Positions 54,920 to 64,000 of a stretch of 64,000 nt of DNA are shown piece after piece. Within the stretch, counting starts at the first letter, position 1. Every line of letters starts with the position of its first letter. Location: positions 121,276 to 185,275 of the forward strand of contig CAMTVY010000010.1 in NCBI GenBank assembly GCA_947085325.1, written 5' to 3'. Origin of the DNA: an uncultured Gammaproteobacteria bacterium. GTDB taxonomy: Bacteria > Pseudomonadota > Gammaproteobacteria > SURF-13. The notes under the pieces were generated by a model that ran no database searches, was not told the origin of the DNA, and saw only the letters and a program-made list of their open reading frames with translations. Position numbers and translations under genes: made by a program.

Positions 54920-55129
54920 TTAAGGAGCCTCCGCCGGCTGCAAGGGCAGCTCCTCGGTGACGACGGGGGTCAGTTGTGTGAGCTGCTCAGCGTTGAGCTC
55001 GCGCAACAACACGAGGGTTTTCGCTGTGTCTCCGCCGACGGCTGCTGTTGTCGTGGTCTGGTCGTCCATAAACTGCCAGGCCAGTGCGCCCAGGTTCAAA
55101 AGTATCAGCAACAGAAACAACACTTTCAT
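54920..55129 (-). CDS. small hypothetical protein with N-terminal hydrophobic segment
   Basis: 69-aa ORF translationally coupled to the coaX stop (MKVLFLLLILLNLGALAWQ...). No recognisable domain. Confidence 0.4.
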   Translation of the reverse strand: MKVLFLLLILLNLGALAWQFMDDQTTTTAAVGGDTAKTLVLLRELNAEQLTQLTPVVTEELPLQPAEAP

Positions 55130-55890
55130 GGTGCACCTCCCGCAATGACAGTCAATCCTTGCAGCACCAGGTCAGGCTGGTGGTGATAATGGCCGCTGAG
55201 ATGGGCCAGGACAGCGGGCGCATCTCCACCAGTGATGACGCGAATGACCTCGGTGCCGAGGGTGGCCTCAGTATCGGCAACCGCGCGTTCGATGGCGCCG
55301 GTGACGGCATACAGTGCGCCATGCTGCACCGCAGTGCTGGTTGAGCGCGCATACGGCGTGAGCGGGTACGGGGCCTGATTCATGTTTGTAGCAATTTGTT
55401 GCGTGTGATCAAGCAAGGCGCGCTGCATCAGGGCCAGTCCCGGCAGTATTACGCCGCCCGCATGATGGCCGTCGTCCATCAAGGTATCAATAGTGACGGC
55501 GGTGCCGCAATCCACCACGCACACCGCACCGGGTGTGTGGGCGTGTGCCGCGATCAGCGCCACCCAGCGGTCTGCCCCCAACCTGCCGGGCTCGGTATAG
55601 CCATTGGTGATACCAAAGGCGCTGGCCTGTGCGCAGACGAACTCCGGTTCCCGTTGCCACAGGGCCTGAGTGACTTCCGACAGGCGTGCACGCAGCTCGG
55701 CACCAGCCACATTCGATACCACGATGCGTGCAGGCGTGGCGACCGCGCCCCATACGGTGTGTGCGTGCGCGCGCAGATCCAGCCCGGCATGTGCAACGTT
55801 GCCTGTATGTTCCAGCCCGGAGGCTGACAACCACGCCCATTTGATGCGTGTGTTGCCGATATCGAGCAGCAGGATTTTGTCGGTATTCAT
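55126..55890 (-). CDS. coaX: type III pantothenate kinase
   Basis: ILLLDIGNTRIKWAW and GADRWVALIAAH (ASKHA fold, CoaX). Confidence 0.9.
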   Translation of the reverse strand: MNTDKILLLDIGNTRIKWAWLSASGLEHTGNVAHAGLDLRAHAHTVWGAVATPARIVVSNVAGAELRARLSEVTQALWQREPEFVCAQASAFGITNGYTEPGRLGADRWVALIAAHAHTPGAVCVVDCGTAVTIDTLMDDGHHAGGVILPGLALMQRALLDHTQQIATNMNQAPYPLTPYARSTSTAVQHGALYAVTGAIERAVADTEATLGTEVIRVITGGDAPAVLAHLSGHYHHQPDLVLQGLTVIAGGAP

Positions 55891-56864
55891 GATGATTTCC
55901 GCATGCTCACTTCGCCGGAATAATAACGCCGGATAACGCCATTCACCAACAGATTCAGTGCACCGTCGGCGGCAACGCCCTGGGCCACGCCATGCACGGG
56001 GCGCCCGCCATGGTCGAGTGTTACCCGCGTACCCTTGATGAGATCAAACTGTTCCCACTCCTGCATGAAAGGTGCGAGACCGTGCTGCTGGAATTCGTGC
56101 AAGGCCAGCAGCAGATGTTGCAGCAGCAGGCCGGCGAGGTGGTTGCGTGACGGCGCAGGGTCAAGCGCCGTGCGCATGTCCGCCCAGGGTTGATCCAGGG
56201 CAAAGACCGCCTGCGGTGGCATGGCGACATTGAGGCCAACGCCTGCGACCAGATGGCAGGGGCCGGTGACTTCACCCGCCATGTCGAGCAGGATGCCGGC
56301 CAGTTTGCGGCCCTGCCACAGGACATCGTTGGGCCATTTCAGCCCGGCGTTGTTGAGCCCGGCGGCGCGCAATGCCCGCATCACGCCTATGGCCACGGCG
56401 AGGCTGACGCCGCCGACGGCAGTGGGTGCCATACTAAAGCGCCATAGCAGCGAGAGGTAGATGTTCCCGCCCGGCGGCGATATCCAGGTACGCCCATGAC
56501 GGCCTCGCCCGGCGTGTTGCTGCTCGGCAAAACAGGCCGTGCCGCCCGGTGTGCCGCTGCCGGCCTGGCGCAATAAATAGATATTGGTGGAGTCGATCTC
56601 GTCCAGGATATCGATGTTGCCAAGCAGTCGCAGTGCCGACGGGCTGAGCGCCGCACGTATCGCGGTCTCATCCAGCGCCTCGATGGGGTGGGCAAGGCGA
56701 TAGCCGCGACCGGGCACGGCATGTATCTCGTGGCCGAGGCTGCCGAGCTGGCGGATTTCCTTCCATATCGCGCTGCGGCTTACGCCCAGGCGCAGCCCCA
56801 GCGCAGTGCCGGAGTGGAAGTGGCCGTCACGCAGCATATCCAGGAGTTGTCGTTTCTGGCGCAT
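55887..56864 (-). CDS. birA: bifunctional biotin-[acetyl-CoA-carboxylase] ligase and biotin operon repressor BirA
   Basis: N-terminal HTH (GTALGLRLGVSRSAIWKEIRQL) plus the BPL catalytic motif GRGRHGRTWISPPGGNIYLS. The ORF is open to 56882. Confidence 0.9.
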   Translation of the reverse strand: MRQKRQLLDMLRDGHFHSGTALGLRLGVSRSAIWKEIRQLGSLGHEIHAVPGRGYRLAHPIEALDETAIRAALSPSALRLLGNIDILDEIDSTNIYLLRQAGSGTPGGTACFAEQQHAGRGRHGRTWISPPGGNIYLSLLWRFSMAPTAVGGVSLAVAIGVMRALRAAGLNNAGLKWPNDVLWQGRKLAGILLDMAGEVTGPCHLVAGVGLNVAMPPQAVFALDQPWADMRTALDPAPSRNHLAGLLLQHLLLALHEFQQHGLAPFMQEWEQFDLIKGTRVTLDHGGRPVHGVAQGVAADGALNLLVNGVIRRYYSGEVSMRKSS

Positions 56865-56967
56865 CACGGCCCAGTGTAGCAAAATAGGAATAGCGGGTTA
56901 TATTAAGCAGCGGGTTGCGAGTAGTCGGCGGGCGGGTGCAGCCTGTGCAGCACAATTTTGGAGCGCT

Positions 56968-58302
56968 ATGCGTCAGGTCTGGATAAATGAATTTTGGCGG
57001 TTGACCGGGGTCGCGTTCGTCGCGCTCTTGATCGGGCTGATTGCCGACAACGTACTGCTGTTTATGTTGCTCGCGGCGCTGGGATATCTCGGCTGGCATT
57101 TCATTAATTTGCGGCGGTTGCAGCGCTGGCTGATGGAGAGCGAGGATGCCTACCCTCCGGTTTCGAGCGGGATATGGGATGCGACTTTTAACGATCTGGG
57201 GCGGTTGCAGGCGCGTAACAGCAAGCGCAAGCGCAAACTGACGCGTATCCTCACCCGGTTTGAAGACGCCGCTGCAGCGCTGCCCGATGCCGTGGTGGTG
57301 CTGGGGTTGAATGCCGAAATCGAATGGTTTAACAATGCAACGCAAGAACTGCTGGGCCTGCACTGGCCGCAAGACGTCGGTCAGCGCATTACCAATCTGG
57401 TGCGGCATCCGCAGTTTATCGAGTTTCTTGCGGCGAGCGACTACTCCGGCGGGATAGAGCTGGCGGCGCCCGCCAATGCCGAGGTGATGCTGGCGGCACT
57501 GATAGTCCCGTACGGCAACTCGCGGCGCCTGCTGGTGGCGCGTGACATCACGCACCTCCGCCGCCTTGAGCAAGTACGCAGCGACTTTGTCGCCAATGTG
57601 TCGCACGAGCTGCGCACGCCGCTTACCGTGATCAACGGTTTCCTCGAAACAGCGAATGAAGCGGCGCCGGAATGCCCGCCCGGCTGGCAGCGTCCGTTAC
57701 AACTGATGCGGCAGCAGGCGCAGCGTATGCAGAATATCGTGCAGGATCTGCTGCTGTTGTCACGGCTGGAGATGGAGCAGCCGTCGCTGATGGGGAGTGT
57801 GGTAGTGACCGGATTGCTGGAGGGTGTGGTTCAGGAGGCGCGGGTATTGAGTGGCGCACGTAGCCACACTATTCAGCTCGACGCCGATCCTGATCTTGGC
57901 CTGCGTGGCAATGAAGATGAGTTGCGCAGCGCGTTTTCCAACCTGGTGTTCAATGCCGTGCAATATACACCGGAGCACGGGGCGATCCGCGTGCGCTGGT
58001 TCCGCGATGCGGCGGGCGCCCACCTCGTGGTGAGCGACACCGGTGTGGGTATCGCCAACCACCATATCCCGCGGCTGACGGAGCGCTTTTACCGCGTAGA
58101 CACGGGCCGCTCGCGCCAGAGTGGCGGCACCGGCCTCGGTCTTGCCATCGTCAAGCACGTGCTCAATCGGCATGACGCCCAGTTGCATATCGAGAGCGAG
58201 CAGGGCAAGGGCAGTACCTTCCGTTGTGATTTTCCGCTCACGAAGCTGGTACATCTGGCAGGCACGCAACAGCATGTGAGTGGTGACGCGCACAACGTTT
58301 GA
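56968..58302 (+). CDS. phoR: PhoR-like phosphate regulon sensor histidine kinase
   Basis: TM, charged HFINLRRLQRWL segment, PAS, then HisKA (FVANVSHELRTPLT) and HATPase (DTGVGI...GGTGLGLAIVKH). Closely parallels E. coli PhoR. The ORF is open from 56806. Confidence 0.85.
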   Translation: MRQVWINEFWRLTGVAFVALLIGLIADNVLLFMLLAALGYLGWHFINLRRLQRWLMESEDAYPPVSSGIWDATFNDLGRLQARNSKRKRKLTRILTRFEDAAAALPDAVVVLGLNAEIEWFNNATQELLGLHWPQDVGQRITNLVRHPQFIEFLAASDYSGGIELAAPANAEVMLAALIVPYGNSRRLLVARDITHLRRLEQVRSDFVANVSHELRTPLTVINGFLETANEAAPECPPGWQRPLQLMRQQAQRMQNIVQDLLLLSRLEMEQPSLMGSVVVTGLLEGVVQEARVLSGARSHTIQLDADPDLGLRGNEDELRSAFSNLVFNAVQYTPEHGAIRVRWFRDAAGAHLVVSDTGVGIANHHIPRLTERFYRVDTGRSRQSGGTGLGLAIVKHVLNRHDAQLHIESEQGKGSTFRCDFPLTKLVHLAGTQQHVSGDAHNV

Positions 58303-58373
58303 GCGTGGCACGCAAGACAGGCGCGGGGGCAGTGGGACTGGCCGCGCCGGCGTGACCGGCGCGGATGGGGAAG

Positions 58374-58449
58374 TGGTGGGCCGTGTAGGGGTCGAACCTA
58401 CGACCTACTGATTAAGAGTCAGCTGCTCTACCAACTGAGCTAACGGCCC
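58374..58449 (-). tRNA. tRNA-Lys (anticodon CTT)
   Basis: Reverse complement: GGGCCGT-TA-GCTCAGTTGGTAGAGC-A-GCTGA-CTCTTAA-TCAGT-AGGTC-GTAGGTTCGACCCCTAC-ACGGCCC-A-CCA. Confidence 0.8.
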
Positions 58450-58573
58450 GGTACTAAAACGTGTTTGCCGCAATCTCTGGCAGGGCTGTAATGCCTGTGC
58501 CAGTCACATCCATCTGCCTGGGTGTGTGCTCCCGCTTCACGGGCCTACCCAACGGGGCTGAGGGGTCATATTA

Positions 58574-58650
58574 TGGGGTGAGCGATGGGGCTCGAACCCA
58601 CGACCACCGGAATCACAATCCGGGGCTCTACCAACTGAGCTACGCCCACC
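58574..58650 (-). tRNA. tRNA-His (anticodon GTG)
   Basis: Extra 5' G(-1) pairing with C73 is diagnostic for tRNA-His. Anticodon loop TTGTGAT. Encoded CCA. Confidence 0.9.
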
Positions 58651-58690
58651 ATAATTGGCTGCTAGTGTACTACATTCCTGCATATTCGGG

Positions 58691-58764
58691 TGCGCCCGGC
58701 AGGACTCGAACCTGCTACCCCCGGCTTAGAAGGCCGGTGCTCTATCCGGATGAGCTACGGGCGC
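58691..58764 (-). tRNA. tRNA-Arg (anticodon TCT)
   Basis: GCGCCCG-TA-GCTCATCCGGATAGAGC-A-CCGGC-CTTCTAA-GCCGG-...-CGGGCGC-A. The 3' end reads ACCC, so only CC of the CCA is genome-encoded. Confidence 0.85.
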
Positions 58765-58837
58765 AAAATGGTGTCTCAGGCCGCCCCGGCCTTCGCCCGG
58801 AAGGCTGCTCCGCAGACCCATTTAGCTCCCGACGAAA

Positions 58838-58914
<77 letters not shown>

Positions 58915-58947
58915 AAAATCCTTCACCCTCGCCAGATACTACACCTG

Positions 58948-58993
58948 CGACGCACAGGGCGTGCTAGTGTCGGGAGGCAGGATGCCGGGAGCG
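58948..58993 (+). repeat. about 48-bp direct repeat, copy 1 (upstream of folD, in the tRNA-Pro operon 5' region)
   Basis: CGACGCACAGGGCGTGCTAGTGTCGGGAGGCAGGATGCCGGGAGCG. The second copy at 60036-60084 matches 47 of 49 positions. Confidence 0.7.
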
Positions 58994-59146
58994 GCAACCG
59001 GACTCCGGCACAAGGTTGGCGATCATACGCGCCGTACCCGCGAGGGTCAATTGGGCACCCAATTATAATCCCCCCGTCCCCCGCTTGGTGAAATGCTGTG
59101 GGCATGCGATCATTGAACCCCTATTGAGATCACTCGCTTCCCCAGC

Positions 59147-60004
59147 ATGAGCGCACACATCATTGACGGCAAGGCCATTGCTGCGGGCTTGCAGCAGGCC
59201 GTAAAGCAGCGCGTGCAGGCGCGGCTGGCGGCGGGGCGGCGCGCGCCGGGGCTGGCGGTCATACTGCTGGGCGAGGGGGCCGCGTCCCAGGTCTATGTGC
59301 GCAGCAAGCGCAGGGCCTGCGAAGAGGCCGGCATACGCTCGCTGGCGTACGATCTCCCCGCAACCACCTCGCAGCATGCGCTGCTCGCCCTTATCGATGA
59401 ACTGAACGCGCGCGCCGACGTGGACGGCATTCTGGTGCAGTTGCCGCTGCCGGAGCACATCCAGGCCGATGCCGTGATCGAGCGCATCAACCCGGCCAAG
59501 GACGTGGACGGCTTTCATCCCTGTAACATCGGGCTGCTGGCGCTGCGCATGCCGCGCCTGCGTCCCTGCACTCCGCGCGGCGTGATGACGCTGCTGGAGC
59601 ACACCGGCGTGGCGCTACGGGGCAAGTATGCGGTGGTGGTGGGTACCTCCAATATCGTCGGCCGGCCGATGGGGCTGGAACTGCTGCTGGCGGGCTGCAC
59701 CGTCACCCTCTGCCACCGCTTTACGCAAGACCTCGGCGCGCACGTTGCGCGCGCCGACATCGTGGTGGCCGCCGTCGGCAAGCCCGGCCTGATTCAGGGT
59801 GAATGGATCAAGCCCGGCGCCATTGTCATCGACGTCGGCATCAACCGCCTGCCCGACGGTACACTCTGCGGCGATGTGGAATTTGAAGCCGCCTGCACCC
59901 GCGCCGGCTGGATCACGCCGGTGCCCGGCGGCGTAGGCCCGATGACAGTGGCGACACTGCTGCAAAACACCGTCGACGCGGCGGAGCATCTGTCAGTGGA
60001 GTAG
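59147..60004 (+). CDS. folD: bifunctional methylenetetrahydrofolate dehydrogenase / methenyltetrahydrofolate cyclohydrolase
   Basis: [12 protein letters not shown]...[11 protein letters not shown]...[10 protein letters not shown]...[15 protein letters not shown]. Confidence 0.93.
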   Translation: MSAHIIDGKAIAAGLQQAVKQRVQARLAAGRRAPGLAVILLGEGAASQVYVRSKRRACEEAGIRSLAYDLPATTSQHALLALIDELNARADVDGILVQLPLPEHIQADAVIERINPAKDVDGFHPCNIGLLALRMPRLRPCTPRGVMTLLEHTGVALRGKYAVVVGTSNIVGRPMGLELLLAGCTVTLCHRFTQDLGAHVARADIVVAAVGKPGLIQGEWIKPGAIVIDVGINRLPDGTLCGDVEFEAACTRAGWITPVPGGVGPMTVATLLQNTVDAAEHLSVE

Positions 60005-60035
60005 GTTGGATCAAGGAGCGAAGCGACGGATCCAA

Positions 60036-60084
60036 CGACGCACAGGGACGTGCTAGTGTCGCGGGAGGCAGGATGCCGGGAGCG
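60036..60084 (+). repeat. about 48-bp direct repeat, copy 2 (immediately downstream of folD)
   Basis: CGACGCACAGGGACGTGCTAGTGTCGCGGGAGGCAGGATGCCGGGAGCG. Confidence 0.7.
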
Positions 60085-60094
60085 ACCAAACCTG

Positions 60095-60253
60095 CTCGAT
60101 CTATACATAGCGCCAGAAATCGTAGCGAGCGGCTTTCAGGCGGGGGCGGCGGAGCGCAGGAACCGGAGTGTACAAGTAGTACATGAGGATTCCGAGCACC
60201 GCACGCACCCGCATCTAAAGACGCGCAGTAGATTTATGGCGCTATGTATAATT
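60095..60253. repeat. pair of 14-20 bp inverted repeats (TATACATAGCGCCA / TGGCGCTATGTATA) enclosing about 120 bp between convergent folD and mfd
   Basis: Left arm 60102-60115 and right arm 60237-60250 are perfect 14-mers. With one mismatch the arms extend to about 20 bp. The right arm contains TATAAT and the mfd stop codon. Confidence 0.6.
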
Positions 60254-63200
60254 GCCCGGCGCCAATGTCTGCAACAACTGCTCGACAGCGTTAATGCGTT
60301 CGGCAGCGTCCGGCAGCGATTTAATCATGCGCAGTTTATTCTGCCCGTCCAGCTTGTAGACCTTGGGCTCGCGTTGAATCAAGGCGATGATCGTGCCGGG
60401 ATCGACGGCGGGCCGGTCATTGAAGATCACGCGCGCACCGCCTTCGCCGGCCTCGATTTTGCGGATGCCGAGCGGCTGCGCCTTGAGCTTGAGGGCGGTA
60501 AGGGCGAACAGGTTTTTGGCGGCGTCAGGCAGCAGGCCGAAGCGGTCGATCATTTCCACCTGTAGTTCGCGCAGTTCATCGTCGGTCGTGGCGCTGGCGA
60601 TACGCTTATAGAGCATGAGGCGGGCGTGCACGTCCGGCAGGTAGTCGTCCGGTATCAGCGCGGGCAGGCGCAGGTCGATCTCGGCGCCGTGGTCGAGCGG
60701 GCGGTCGAGATCAGGCTGGCGCCCGGATTTGAGCGAGGCCACGGCGCGCTCCAGTAATTCACAGTAGAGCGTAAAACCGATCTCCTGCATCTGCCCGCTC
60801 TGGTCTTCGCCCAGCAGTTCGCCTGCGCCACGAATTTCGAGGTCGTGGGTGGCGAGGGTGAAGCCCGCGCCCAGTTCCTGAATCGACTCGATGACCTCCA
60901 GTCGCTTGTGCGCGTCGGCACTGATGGCGCTGTGGTGCGGAATAATCAGATAGGCGTAGGCGCTGTGATGCGAGCGCCCGATGCGACCACGCAGCTGGTA
61001 AAGCTGCGCCAGACCGAATTTGTCCGCGCGGTTGATGATGATGGTATTGGCGCTGGGTACGTCGATGCCGGTCTCGATGATGGTGGTGCACACCAGCAGG
61101 TTGAAACGCTGGTGATAAAAGTCGAGCATGACCTGCTCCAGATCGCGCTCGCGCATCTGCCCGTGCGCGACCCGCACGCTCGCCTCCGGCACCAGCGCGG
61201 TGAGGTCGCGCGCCATTTTCTCGATGGTGTCCACGTCGTTGTGCAGAAAATATACCTGGCCGCCGCGCTTGATCTCGCGCAGCACGGCCTCATGCATCAG
61301 CGCCCTGTCCCATTCGCGCACGAAGGTCTTGACCGCGAGACGGCGCGCGGGCGGGGTGGCGATGATGGAGAGATCGCGCAGGCCGGAGAGCGAGAGCGAA
61401 AGCGTGCGCGGGATGGGCGTGGCGGTGAGGGTGAGCACGTCGACTTCGGCGCGGAGCTGTTTGAAGCGCTCTTTTTGGCGCACACCGAAGCGGTGTTCCT
61501 CGTCAAGGATCACCAGTCCCAGACGCTTGAAGGCGATGCCTTCCTGCAACAGTTTGTGTGTGCCGATCACGATGTCGATCGTGCCTTCGTCCAGACCCTT
61601 GATGACGGCGCCCTGTTCTTTCTTGGAGCGGAAGCGCGAGATGGCCTCTATGCGCACCGGCCAGTCGGCGAAGCGATCCTTGAAGTTTTGATAATGCTGC
61701 TGGGCAAGCAGGGTGGTCGGTACCAGTATGGCGACCTGACGCCCGCCTTGCACCGCGACGAAGGCCGCGCGCATGGCGACTTCGGTCTTGCCGAAGCCGA
61801 CGTCGCCGCATACCAGGCGATCCATGGGTTTGCCGCTTTGCAGGTCGGTGAGCACGCTGTCGATGGCATCGTGCTGGTCAGGTGTTTCCTCAAACGGGAA
61901 CGCCGCTGCGAAGGCATGGTAATCATGTGCGTCGAGTGCGAAGGCGTGGCCCTCACGCGCCGCGCGCCGGGCGTGAATCTCCAGCAGTTCGGCGGCGACA
62001 TCGCGCACCCGTTCCGCTGCCTTGCGCTTGGCGCGCACCCATTGCTCGCCGCCGAGTTTGTGCCATGGCGCCTGCTCCGGCGCTGCGCCGGTGTAACGGC
62101 TGACAAGGTGTAACGAGGCGACCGGTACATAGAGTTTGTCGCCACCCGCATATTCCAGGGTGAGAAATTCGGTTTGCAGGCCACCGACATCGAGGATTTG
62201 CAGGCCGCGGTAGCGCCCGACGCCGTGGTCTTCGTGCACCACCGGGCTGCCCAGGGAAAGCTCGGCCAGATTGCGTACCAGCCCTTCGGCGTCGCGCGTG
62301 CGCGCCTTGCGGCGGCGGCGCTGCAATACCTGTTCGCCGAAGAGCTGCTGCTCTGCAATGACAGCGACGTGCGCCTCCGGCAATAACAGGCCATGCTCCA
62401 GCGGCGCTACGGTAATGCCGAGCGGCGCGTTACCGGCGAGGAAGCCGGGCCAGTCGGGGAATACGGTGGGATGCAGGCCGGTGTTTTTGAGCAGATCGAT
62501 GAGCGTCTCGCGCCGCCCCGAGGTCTCAGCGGCCAGCAGCACGCGGCCGGAAAATGTAGCCAGAAACTCCAGCAGCCGTGCGGCGGGTTGTGCAGCGCGC
62601 CCATCGAACGTGAGATCAGGCGGTGTGCCGGTGGCGAAATTGATCGCTGCGAGATTCGGCGCAGGTTGCAGTTGTATCTGCGGGAAGCTTTGCAGGCCCG
62701 CGAACAGCGCCTCGGGTTGAACAAATATCGACTCCGGCGCCAGCAGCGGGCGCTCCCGGTCGTGGCGGCGCTGCTCATGGCGCTCACCCGCCGTGCGCCA
62801 GAAGGCCTGTGCCGCCTGCTCCACGCCTTCCATGATGAGTGCACAACTGGTCTGCGGCAGGTAGTCGAGCAGGGTATGGGTGTGGTTGAAGAAGAGCGGC
62901 AGGTAATATTCTATGCCGGGCGGCACAAAGCCATTGCTCACGTCGCGATAAAGCGGGCTTTGCTGCGGGTCACCCTCGAACCGGGTGCGATAGTTCTGGC
63001 GGAACAGGCTGATCGCGTTTTCATCCAGCGGAAACTCACGCGCAGGCAACAGACGGACGGACTGCACCGTGCCATGGGAGCGCTGACTCTCGGTATCAAA
63101 GGTGCGCAGGCTGTCGATGCAGTTATCAAACAGATCAATGCGATAGGGCTGGTTGCTGCCCATGGGGAACAGATCCAGCAGGCTGCCACGCACGGCAAAC

Positions 63201-63679
63201 TCGCCATGCTCCATTACCTGCGATACGCAGCGATAACCGCTGGCCTCCAGCCGGGTGCGCATGGCCGCGAGATCGAAGCGCGCGCCGGTTTCGAGCAGCA
63301 GGCTGCGCCCCTGTACGTACTCGGACGGTGCGATGCGATGCAGCAGCGTCTCTACCGGTACGATCAGCACGCCGCGCCCCAGCGCGGGGAGTTGATAGAG
63401 CGTGGTCAGGCGTTGCGAGATGATGTCCTGGTGTGGCGAGAAAGTGTCGTATGGCAATGTTTCCCAGTCGGGAAAGGTGAGCACAGGAAAACCGGCCTGC
63501 GCCCCTCCGACATAGAAGCGTATCTCATGCTCCAGCCGGGTGGCGGTGTGACTGTCCGGAGTAATGAGTAGCAGCGGTCCACCGTGGTGGCGTGCGGCTT
63601 CACAGCTGGCCAGCCCCTGGCTGCTGCCAGCCAGCTGTGCCCAGCGCGCGCAGGCGCCCGCCTCCGCAGGGAGCGGCAT
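60242..63679 (-). CDS. mfd: transcription-repair coupling factor Mfd
   Basis: UvrB-homology, RNAP-interacting, DEAD/DEAH helicase (DVGFGKTEVAMRAAF) and TRCF domains, full length. Start chosen at MPLPAEAGAC; the ORF is open to 63751. Confidence 0.95.
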   Translation of the reverse strand: MPLPAEAGACARWAQLAGSSQGLASCEAARHHGGPLLLITPDSHTATRLEHEIRFYVGGAQAGFPVLTFPDWETLPYDTFSPHQDIISQRLTTLYQLPALGRGVLIVPVETLLHRIAPSEYVQGRSLLLETGARFDLAAMRTRLEASGYRCVSQVMEHGEFAVRGSLLDLFPMGSNQPYRIDLFDNCIDSLRTFDTESQRSHGTVQSVRLLPAREFPLDENAISLFRQNYRTRFEGDPQQSPLYRDVSNGFVPPGIEYYLPLFFNHTHTLLDYLPQTSCALIMEGVEQAAQAFWRTAGERHEQRRHDRERPLLAPESIFVQPEALFAGLQSFPQIQLQPAPNLAAINFATGTPPDLTFDGRAAQPAARLLEFLATFSGRVLLAAETSGRRETLIDLLKNTGLHPTVFPDWPGFLAGNAPLGITVAPLEHGLLLPEAHVAVIAEQQLFGEQVLQRRRRKARTRDAEGLVRNLAELSLGSPVVHEDHGVGRYRGLQILDVGGLQTEFLTLEYAGGDKLYVPVASLHLVSRYTGAAPEQAPWHKLGGEQWVRAKRKAAERVRDVAAELLEIHARRAAREGHAFALDAHDYHAFAAAFPFEETPDQHDAIDSVLTDLQSGKPMDRLVCGDVGFGKTEVAMRAAFVAVQGGRQVAILVPTTLLAQQHYQNFKDRFADWPVRIEAISRFRSKKEQGAVIKGLDEGTIDIVIGTHKLLQEGIAFKRLGLVILDEEHRFGVRQKERFKQLRAEVDVLTLTATPIPRTLSLSLSGLRDLSIIATPPARRLAVKTFVREWDRALMHEAVLREIKRGGQVYFLHNDVDTIEKMARDLTALVPEASVRVAHGQMRERDLEQVMLDFYHQRFNLLVCTTIIETGIDVPSANTIIINRADKFGLAQLYQLRGRIGRSHHSAYAYLIIPHHSAISADAHKRLEVIESIQELGAGFTLATHDLEIRGAGELLGEDQSGQMQEIGFTLYCELLERAVASLKSGRQPDLDRPLDHGAEIDLRLPALIPDDYLPDVHARLMLYKRIASATTDDELRELQVEMIDRFGLLPDAAKNLFALTALKLKAQPLGIRKIEAGEGGARVIFNDRPAVDPGTIIALIQREPKVYKLDGQNKLRMIKSLPDAAERINAVEQLLQTLAPGNYT

Positions 63680-64000
63680 ATGCAGCAGCAAATCCAGTGC
63701 GGGCAGGGTGTCTGCCGCCACTGAGGCTGTTTCCGGTACCGGGCGGGTCATCAGGTGAGAGTAAATGTAGCGGTCTATTGTCCCATATTCCGCTGCCTGG
63801 GGCAGATTTTTCGTGGTGACCGGGGCCGCGACAGCTTGCTATTGAAAATTGAACTGTAACTGCCTAACCTAGGTCTCACTAGGCATGGAAATACGGCAAC
63901 TCTTGCCGCAGTCTGGCTTGCAGGCATGCCCGCTTCTGCTATTGCGACCGATATACAGTTATGGCGTACACTCCGGATCAGGGCAGGGACGATGGCGTAG

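Noticed and set aside
58374-58449. Whether the CTT-anticodon tRNA is a mis-read tRNA-Thr, given its backbone similarity to the tRNA-Thr at 54780
   Set aside because: Re-derived the reverse complement. The anticodon loop is CTCTTAA, with U33 and A37 in place, so Lys(CUU) stands, although confirmation with tRNAscan-SE is advisable.

Overview
This 64 kb window is GC-rich (about 65%) chromosomal DNA from a gammaproteobacterium, with gene order like Pseudomonas or Chromatiales. It is mostly housekeeping genes. In order: the 3' end of smc, then zipA and ligA. Next come a KefC-type K+ antiporter with a tandem universal stress protein, NhaP2, a PpiC lipoprotein, bolA, yciI, yciB and mutS. The initiator tRNA operon metY-rimP-nusA-infB-rbfA-truB-rpsO-pnp follows. 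After it are a CDGSH protein, fetAB, a DUF4124 protein, a family-4 UDG, rimI and prfC. Further on are a GAF-PAS-GGDEF-EAL protein, aspA, a TlpA-like protein, acyP, cysG, an L,D-transpeptidase, nagZ, hpt, mtnP, def, truA, trpF-trpB-trpA-accD-folC-dedD-cvpA-purF-metZ, coaX-birA, a phoR-like kinase with no phoB beside it, a Pro-Arg-His-Lys tRNA cluster, folD and mfd. Two accessory patches interrupt this. (1) A 7.4 kb module at 26.4-33.8 kb, with lower GC at its cache-like/porin end, carries a cytoplasmic Cache-like 4TM protein, an AlgE-family porin, an NrtA/B/D-type ABC importer, two ANTAR antiterminator regulators and a remnant of an EAL gene. It is bracketed by imperfect direct copies of the prfC 3' end. 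A textbook ANTAR dual-hexaloop leader with a U8 tract sits before nrtA. (2) A 1.7 kb lower-GC islet lies at the 3' end of tRNA-Thr. It holds a frameshifted higB, an intact higA and a cytoplasmic trypsin-like serine protease split at a C6 homopolymer. Short repeated elements are also noted: a GATACAA-type inverted repeat in the infB-rbfA spacer, direct repeats flanking folD, and a recurring TGGCGCTATGTATA motif. No CRISPR, rRNA, IS or integrase genes were seen. Gene starts are approximate to within a few codons.
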